Shown in pieces: positions 58,165-64,000 of a stretch of DNA of 64,000 bases. A model generated the notes under the pieces. The model searched no databases, was not told the DNA's origin, and saw only the letters and a list, made by a program, of their open reading frames with translations. A program made the position numbers and the translations under genes. Each line of letters begins with the position of its first letter. Position 1 is the stretch's first letter. The stretch is from Phycisphaerae bacterium (lineage in GTDB: Bacteria; Planctomycetota; Phycisphaerae; UBA1845), in contig CAXXGO010000001.1 in the NCBI GenBank assembly GCA_963666835.2, positions 992,001 to 1,056,000 on the forward strand. The letters are read 5' to 3'.

Positions 58165-58671
58165 ATGAAGCACGATAACACGCTCAAACACGTGTCCCTG
58201 ATCCTGCTCAGTTTGTCCGTAGTCCTTGCTGCCGGTTTCGAGCAGTTCCGGAGTATTGCCCTGGACTGGTACACCGTCGACGGTGGCGGGGACATGCGGT
58301 TGACCGGCGGTAGTCTTGAACTCTCCGGCACTATCGGCCAACCCGATACGGACAGTTCGCTGACCATGAATGGCCCGACACTGTCACTCACCGGGGGGTT
58401 CTGGGCCGGCGTACCGGAAACCGTCTCCGTCCCGGGCGACTGTACCGGCGATCGGGTGGTTGACTTGGACGATTTCGAGCTCATCGCGCCGTGCCTGACC
58501 GGTCCTGGGATCATTATCACAGTTGATTGCGATTGTGCCGATCTGGACGGTGATGATGATAGCGACTTGGCGGACTTCGCCGTGTTTCAACGGACGCTTG
58601 ACTCACAGGAGGACCGCCGCGGTGTTTACAGGGCTGACGTCCCGTTACCGACCGAATTTATCGCCACTTGA
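58165..58671 (+). CDS. Small secreted protein with WxTVDGGG domain and dockerin-like EF-hand tail
   Basis: WYTVDGGG...LSGTIGQPD...LTGGFW; GDCTGDRVVDLDDF...DLDGDDDSDLADFAVFQ. Confidence 0.8.
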   Translation: MKHDNTLKHVSLILLSLSVVLAAGFEQFRSIALDWYTVDGGGDMRLTGGSLELSGTIGQPDTDSSLTMNGPTLSLTGGFWAGVPETVSVPGDCTGDRVVDLDDFELIAPCLTGPGIIITVDCDCADLDGDDDSDLADFAVFQRTLDSQEDRRGVYRADVPLPTEFIAT

Positions 58672-58816
58672 TGTAACCTCTTATCCAAACGTAAGATAAT
58701 CTATGTTCGGGGTTGGCGTTGATTGAAACGGATCGGACGCCGAGTACTCCATTCTTGTACGTCAACTGGGCAACGAGCCGCGCGAGGTCTCGGGTGCCCT
58801 TCGGGGGAAGAACATA

Positions 58817-59461
58817 ATGGCAATGCGCAAACTCTCTGTCTGGGTGGGGCTGCTTCTCATCGCTGGTGCCGGGATAGCTGAGGCGTCTCCGGTCGAGTTG
58901 TCAATCGCACCCGTTTTCGGGTCGACCGAAAACACCGGGTCGACCGCTACGATCACGCTTGCCTTCAGTGAGCAAGGGCTCGATGACCTCATGGAAGTCA
59001 CGCTGGCGAACACGACCGACCCGGTTCTCGGCTCGAAGCTCACGGCCGCCGGCATCGAGCTGCCCGACGTGCTTTCGTCGAGCATTACACTGGCGACGGC
59101 CAGTTCGTATTTCGACCAGCTTACCTTTGACGTTAACGTCTCGCCGGGTTGGATCGACGCTCCCGGCGGCTATGACCTGATTCTCTCGAGCGACGGCAAT
59201 TTCCAGGGCGGTAATCCAAACGGCAGTCCGGAGGCCGGGCAGTCACAGTCCGTGCTACTGAACCTCGGGGATACCGGACTCAGCCCCGCCGAGCTGGAAA
59301 CCGCGTTTGAGAGCTTCTACGCCGACTTCGACGGCAATCACGCCATATGCCGCTTTCAGTCCGTAGGTCCAAACGGCCAACTGTCCGATATGGTGGTCCC
59401 GGAACCGGCCACGCTCGTCTTGCTGGCTCTCGGTGGTTGGGCGGTTCGGCGCAGATTCTAA
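58817..59461 (+). CDS. PEP-CTERM sorting domain protein
   Basis: Signal peptide (..AEA-SP); C-terminal VPEPATLVLLALGGWAVRRRF. Confidence 0.92.
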   Translation: MAMRKLSVWVGLLLIAGAGIAEASPVELSIAPVFGSTENTGSTATITLAFSEQGLDDLMEVTLANTTDPVLGSKLTAAGIELPDVLSSSITLATASSYFDQLTFDVNVSPGWIDAPGGYDLILSSDGNFQGGNPNGSPEAGQSQSVLLNLGDTGLSPAELETAFESFYADFDGNHAICRFQSVGPNGQLSDMVVPEPATLVLLALGGWAVRRRF

Positions 59462-59486
59462 CTCAAGCTGCGGTTACGGGTGACGC

Positions 59487-59690
59487 TTACCTGTCACCGT
59501 CGTGCGTGTCGATGTCCAGCGGGGCGTGGTGATGCTCTTGGGCTTGCGGATCGCGCATGATACGGTGCATGCAGAAGCCCAGCAGGGCGAGCACCATTCC
59601 GACGCTCAGGGCCATGATGACCGCACCCCCGACGGTGAGGGTTACCGGAGGCTCCGCCACTTGAGCAATCAAAGGCTGTATCCCGATCAT
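59487..59690 (-). CDS. Small single-TM protein coupled to the NSS transporter (MetS-like)
   Basis: ATGA overlap with the NSS stop; TM GGAVIMALSVGMVLALLGFCM; His/Asp-rich tail. Confidence 0.65.
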   Translation of the reverse strand: MIGIQPLIAQVAEPPVTLTVGGAVIMALSVGMVLALLGFCMHRIMRDPQAQEHHHAPLDIDTHDGDR

Positions 59691-61522
59691 GAGCCGGACT
59701 CCATTGCGCGCCCGCCCGCCTTATACTGTTCAATAACCCGGCCGATGCGTCCGCGGCAGGCGATGTCACCCAACACTATCAAAAGGACCAGGAGCACCAG
59801 GATCCCGATAAGGACCCCGCGGGCCACATTGGCGTCTCTGGGTCCTGCAGCCTTGGCCAGCTCGGCCTCTTCCCGCGATGCCAGAAGCCAGTCGGGTAGC
59901 GCTTCGATGTCGATAGCTTGCCCCTGCGCCCCGAGAATGTCAGCCACCTGCGCCGCGACCACATCTTCGGAAAGGCCTTCTTCTAACAAGTGAGCTTTCG
60001 CGGCGGATTCGTACACCGCACGTTCGTACGACAGGGCGCGAACACGGGGGTTCATTCCGTCCAGGTATCCGCCGGCGTTCGACGCCGTCCACGCCAGCAG
60101 GATGATGATCAGGAAAGCGGGCGTTACGTAGCGGATCATGATCGCCATCCAGTCGGGCACCCGGAAGTCGGCCCCGCGGTTCATCTCCTTCACCCCGCGC
60201 TCTGCTCCGATGATCCACCCGAACATCAACACCATGCACGTCGCCGCGATAATCATGCACAGGTTGCACCAGAAGTCCGTGTAGTCGAGTGCCAGATACC
60301 CCTTGGTAAAGTACATGATCGGAGCAGCGCCGACGGCCGTTACCACTCCCAAGATGGTCACGCTTGCCCGACGCCGGAGTCCGAATCCGTCTTCCAGGAA
60401 GGCGATCGCCGGCTGAAGCATGCTGAGCGAGCTGGTCACGGCCGCTACGAACAACAGCCCGAACCACATCGCCCCGAAGAAGCTGCCCCAGAACTGCCCA
60501 CCCGGCATGAAATTCATAATCGCGGGGATTGTGATGAACCCCAGCCCGAACGTGCCGCCCTTGGCATTCTCCGCCCCGAGGAACAGAAACGCCGTGGGGA
60601 CCACGATCAGACCACCGAGGATCACTTCGCAGAACTCGTTGGTGCTCGAAGCGCTCAAGCCGGTCAACACCACGTCGTCTTCGCTGCGCAGATAGCTGGA
60701 GTAGCAGAGAATGAGTCCGAACCCGACGCTCAGGCTGAAGAAAATCTGTCCCGAGGCGGCCAGCCACACTTGCGGGTCCCACAACGCATCCCATTGGGGG
60801 TTCCACATGAACCCAAGCCCGCTGGAGATACCTCTGAGCGTGAGGACCCGCGCCAGGATGATCAACGCGCAGATGATCAACGCCGGCATGGCGTATTTGC
60901 AGAACTTCTCGATCCCACGGGTGACGCCCTGATAGATGATGACGAAGTTCACGAAGAAACAGATCAGCACCAGCCACAGCATCCGGTTGCCTTCGAACAC
61001 TGCGCCGTGGGCGCCCAAGCCGCAAGCGGTCTGGTGATAGCCTTCCGCAACCCCAACAACCGCCGGGACGGCCGCGCCTTGCTCCGTCACTCCGGTCGTG
61101 GCCTTAGCAAATGCCGCCGCGAACCCCCCCGAGGCAAACTCGATGCAATAGTCCAGGCACCACGCCTCGAGCAGTACGTAGTACATGTAGATGACCACCG
61201 GGATGAGCAGGGCCATCGCGCCCATGGCTTTCGCCGGGGCTTTCGGCCACAACGCGTACATAATCCCCGGGGCGCTGTTTTGCCCGTAACGCCCGCCGAA
61301 ACGGCCCATCGTCCACTCGCACCAGGCGATTGGAACGCCCAGGACGAGGAAGCTGATGATGTACGGGATCATAAAGGCCCCGCCGCCGTTGTTGACGGCT
61401 TGGCCGGGGAACCGCAGGAAGTTGCCCAGGCCCACCGCCGAACCGGCCACCGCCAGAACGACCCCGAGCCTGGAGCCCCAGTTTTCTTTCTTGGGCAGGA
61501 GCTGTTTGGGTGCTGTGCTCAT
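59687..61522 (-). CDS. Sodium-dependent transporter, NSS/SNF (LeuT-like) family
   Basis: WGSRLG...GSAVGLGNFLRFP, GGGAFMIPY, QIFFSLSVGFG, NEFCEVILGG, AAVTSSLSM. Confidence 0.95.
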   Translation of the reverse strand: MSTAPKQLLPKKENWGSRLGVVLAVAGSAVGLGNFLRFPGQAVNNGGGAFMIPYIISFLVLGVPIAWCEWTMGRFGGRYGQNSAPGIMYALWPKAPAKAMGAMALLIPVVIYMYYVLLEAWCLDYCIEFASGGFAAAFAKATTGVTEQGAAVPAVVGVAEGYHQTACGLGAHGAVFEGNRMLWLVLICFFVNFVIIYQGVTRGIEKFCKYAMPALIICALIILARVLTLRGISSGLGFMWNPQWDALWDPQVWLAASGQIFFSLSVGFGLILCYSSYLRSEDDVVLTGLSASSTNEFCEVILGGLIVVPTAFLFLGAENAKGGTFGLGFITIPAIMNFMPGGQFWGSFFGAMWFGLLFVAAVTSSLSMLQPAIAFLEDGFGLRRRASVTILGVVTAVGAAPIMYFTKGYLALDYTDFWCNLCMIIAATCMVLMFGWIIGAERGVKEMNRGADFRVPDWMAIMIRYVTPAFLIIILLAWTASNAGGYLDGMNPRVRALSYERAVYESAAKAHLLEEGLSEDVVAAQVADILGAQGQAIDIEALPDWLLASREEAELAKAAGPRDANVARGVLIGILVLLVLLIVLGDIACRGRIGRVIEQYKAGGRAMESGS

Positions 61523-61684
61523 CGATGTCCGACGCGGGGGCTTTACGGGCCTGCAGAATCGAGTGATCGCCGCGCCGACCTCCTCGCCGGAGATTCTACA
61601 CTAACGAACGTCGCGTCGCCAACGGTTGCCTGATCTGCATCGATCCGCTATTTTCGACCGGGCATCTTACAAACGGAGCTACAC

Positions 61685-63496
61685 ATGTTCGACCTGGGGC
61701 AATTCGCGGCGGATATGGTTGACTGGGTGTGGTCTGTTTACCTCTTTCTGTTGTTGCTGGGCTGCGGCCTGGCGTTCTCGATTATCAGCAAGTTCGTGCA
61801 GTGGCGGATTATGACGCACGGCTACTCGTGCATACGGGGCCACTACGACAGGCCGGGAGATACCGGGCACATCAATCACTTTCAGGCCCTGTGCGCGGCG
61901 CTTTCCGCCACGATCGGGCTCGGAAACATCGCAGGGGTGGCCGTCGCGGTTTCGTTGGGCGGTCCCGGCGCGGTGTTCTGGATGTGGGTGGTCGGCGTCT
62001 TCGGCATGGCCTTGAAGTTCATGGAATGCACCTTGGCCGTGATGTTCAGAGACGTTCGTGATATTCCCGATCCCAGCGCTCCGGCACTGACCGCGGCGGA
62101 TGCCGAGCAGCGGACTTTGGAATACGACGGTGAAGAACCGCCGGCTCCCGGAGCCGAGACCCGCGCCCGCGGTGAGGTCCGCGGGGGACCGATGTGGTAC
62201 ATGCAGAAGGCCCTGGTAGAGCCGCTGCGCGAGCGGGGAAACGGGCTTTGGGTGGTCTTCAAGGTCCTGGCCGTGCTTTTTGCCGTCTCGACGGTGCTGA
62301 ACTCGTTCGGCGGCGGCAACATGTTCCAGGGCTGGAATGTGTCTGACCAGCTGGAAAGGCATTTCGCTATCCGTAGGGAACTCGGGGCGGTTCTGTTTTC
62401 ATGCCTCGTGGCGATTGTGATCATCGGAGGGATCAGGCGTATTGGCGAGGTGGCGTCTAAGCTAGTTCCGTTCATGTGCGTGGTGTACGTGCTGGGGGCT
62501 TTATATGTCATCGTCGCTCACGCGGGCGAGGTTCCGAAGTACATCTCGATGATCGTCACGTCGGCCTTCACCCCAACCGCTGAGACGGGGGCATGCGGCG
62601 GAGTGATTGTGTGGATTGCCTTCAAGCAAGGTCTTCGACGAGCCTGCTTCTCCAACGAGGCGGGCGAGGGGTCGGCCGCCATGGCCCACGCCGCGGCCAA
62701 GACCGATGAGCCTGTCCGGGAAGGTGTTGTCGCGGGGATCGGCCCGTTTGTCGACACGATTCTTATCTGCACGATGACCGCGCTGGTGCTGCTTACGAGC
62801 GGGGCGTGGGATCGCCCGGCCGTCGGGCTAATCGCGAGCATTGACGGGGACACCGCTCTGGTCCAACGCGGCGCGGCGATTCCGGAGAACATGGAGGCCC
62901 TGTACCTGGAGCGCGTACGAGTCGACGCCGGCAAGAGCCTCGGCGTTCAGGTCGTCCGCGAGATGGGCAAGCAGCTCGAGACCGTGGCCGCACCTATCTC
63001 CGAGATAGAACGGGGGGAAGGCGAGGGTTGGGCTGCGCTGCAAACGGTCTCTCTCGATCTGTCTAAGCTCAAAGAGGGAGATCGTGAAAAGGTGGCCGTG
63101 GGGCAGCACGTTCATCTGGACATGGACGGTGCCGAGATGACCGGTTTTGCCTTCGACATCACCCTTCGTGGATTCGGGAAGTACATGGTGACCATTGCCG
63201 TGTGCCTCTTCGGCTTCAGCACGATGATCAGTTGGAGCTATTACGGTGAGAAGGGGGCCGAGTATCTGATGGGGCCTCGGGCCATCTTGCCGTACAAGTT
63301 CCTGTTTGTGATCTTCGTTTTCCTGGGCATGGTCTTGCCCAAGTTCCAGACGGTATACGACTTCTCCGACGCGACCACCGGGTTGATGGTGCTATGGAAC
63401 CTGCCGGCGGTGTTGATCCTCTCTCCGGTTGTGATCCGCGCCGCCAAGAGCTATTTCAACCGCCTCGACCGCGGCGAAATGCCTCGCTACAAGTAG
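61685..63496 (+). CDS. Alanine/glycine:cation symporter (AGCS) family
   Basis: ATIGLGNIAGVA, GGPGAVFWMW, GGPMWY, FSNEAGEGS, DTILICTMTA, FSTMISWSYYGE. Confidence 0.95.
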   Translation: MFDLGQFAADMVDWVWSVYLFLLLLGCGLAFSIISKFVQWRIMTHGYSCIRGHYDRPGDTGHINHFQALCAALSATIGLGNIAGVAVAVSLGGPGAVFWMWVVGVFGMALKFMECTLAVMFRDVRDIPDPSAPALTAADAEQRTLEYDGEEPPAPGAETRARGEVRGGPMWYMQKALVEPLRERGNGLWVVFKVLAVLFAVSTVLNSFGGGNMFQGWNVSDQLERHFAIRRELGAVLFSCLVAIVIIGGIRRIGEVASKLVPFMCVVYVLGALYVIVAHAGEVPKYISMIVTSAFTPTAETGACGGVIVWIAFKQGLRRACFSNEAGEGSAAMAHAAAKTDEPVREGVVAGIGPFVDTILICTMTALVLLTSGAWDRPAVGLIASIDGDTALVQRGAAIPENMEALYLERVRVDAGKSLGVQVVREMGKQLETVAAPISEIERGEGEGWAALQTVSLDLSKLKEGDREKVAVGQHVHLDMDGAEMTGFAFDITLRGFGKYMVTIAVCLFGFSTMISWSYYGEKGAEYLMGPRAILPYKFLFVIFVFLGMVLPKFQTVYDFSDATTGLMVLWNLPAVLILSPVVIRAAKSYFNRLDRGEMPRYK

Positions 63497-63668
63497 TCTG
63501 CCGGCCTTTCGGTTCTATCCACGTGTGTGCCACTGTTCTTGAGCAGTGCATTGACGGGACGCGGTCCGGCTGGTGACCATGGTACCCTGCGTCCGGCAGG
63601 CCGATGGTTCCGGAACGGGGTGTCGAAGGATGAGCCGCGTCCGGCCGGTTACTTGCGTTGCCAGAATG

Positions 63669-64000
63669 CTACGGCAGAAGCGTAACTACCTCGATCTCGT
63701 GCTCCCGGGCTTCGGTTGAGCCGGCCGGGATGGTGCGGATGCGAACCGAGTCACCCTTGAGGATTCGCTCCCAAGCCTGAAACCCGTAGACCTCTTCGGT
63801 CGGTCGCCCGTCGATTGACACGACGGTGTCGCCGATGGTCAGTCCGGCTTGCTGAGCCGGTGATCCGTCCCGTACGCGCGAGATCGTGAATCCCGTTTCA
63901 CCCTTGGTCAGTCCGAACCCGGCGGCGCGGTAGGGGGGTAGGGTGATAGGGGATTTGTCCGCGCGCTCCAACCGAACTCGCTGGTTCACCTGGTCGAGGG
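63669..64000 (-). CDS. C-terminal part of a PDZ-domain protein (5' end outside window)
   Basis: Frame open to the window edge (..LDQVNQRVRL..); GFG...ISRVRDGSPAQQAGLTIGDTVVSIDG PDZ signature. Confidence 0.8.
   Translation of the reverse strand, partial: LDQVNQRVRLERADKSPITLPPYRAAGFGLTKGETGFTISRVRDGSPAQQAGLTIGDTVVSIDGRPTEEVYGFQAWERILKGDSVRIRTIPAGSTEAREHEIEVVTLLP

Noticed and set aside
58677..58688. CCTCTTATCCAA, identical to the second box of motif copy 1
   Set aside because: No box 1 at 22 bp upstream and far from the regulator; probably chance.

Overview
GC-rich chromosomal window, probably from a Planctomycetota (Phycisphaerae-like) bacterium. That assignment is an inference from a TIGR02999-type ECF sigma/Ser-Thr kinase pair, dockerin-like EF-hand tails, a GACC Cys motif, an FTYQG fibre protein and a PEP-CTERM protein. 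About 50 CDS; no rRNA, tRNA, CRISPR array, transposase or prophage was recognised. In order: (1) PadR regulator, methyltransferase, MacAB-type ABC exporter, GNAT and prolyl aminopeptidase. (2) A stress/hypoxia-like island around a FixLJ-type two-component system: AcfC/PEB3-DsrE fusion, host-attachment protein, MgtE, orphan PTS enzyme I, USP, LonC-type protease, Fe-SOD and TerC. It carries a recurrent two-box motif with 22-bp spacing, one copy lying in the last codons of the response regulator. (3) A tightly coupled four-gene operon: PLP enzyme, DUF1611 (DgcN-like), a PP-loop/Zn (QueC/MurL-like) plus creatininase fusion, and a dipeptide epimerase. This is the best candidate for an undescribed pathway. 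(4) A NikR locus with candidate operator, ECF S-component, cupin and FmdE-like lipoprotein. (5) An APH-family gene broken by an in-frame TGA. (6) A 4-module beta-helix repeat exoprotein followed by a REPIN-like element. (7) An RND pump. (8) A RimB-like / RimK-RCK_C / AstE-like operon. (9) An ECF sigma-kinase pair divergent from a fibre protein, C10 protease, dockerin-tailed protein and PEP-CTERM gene set. (10) NSS and AGCS amino-acid symporters and a partial PDZ protein. All family calls come from motif recognition by eye; no database searches were run.
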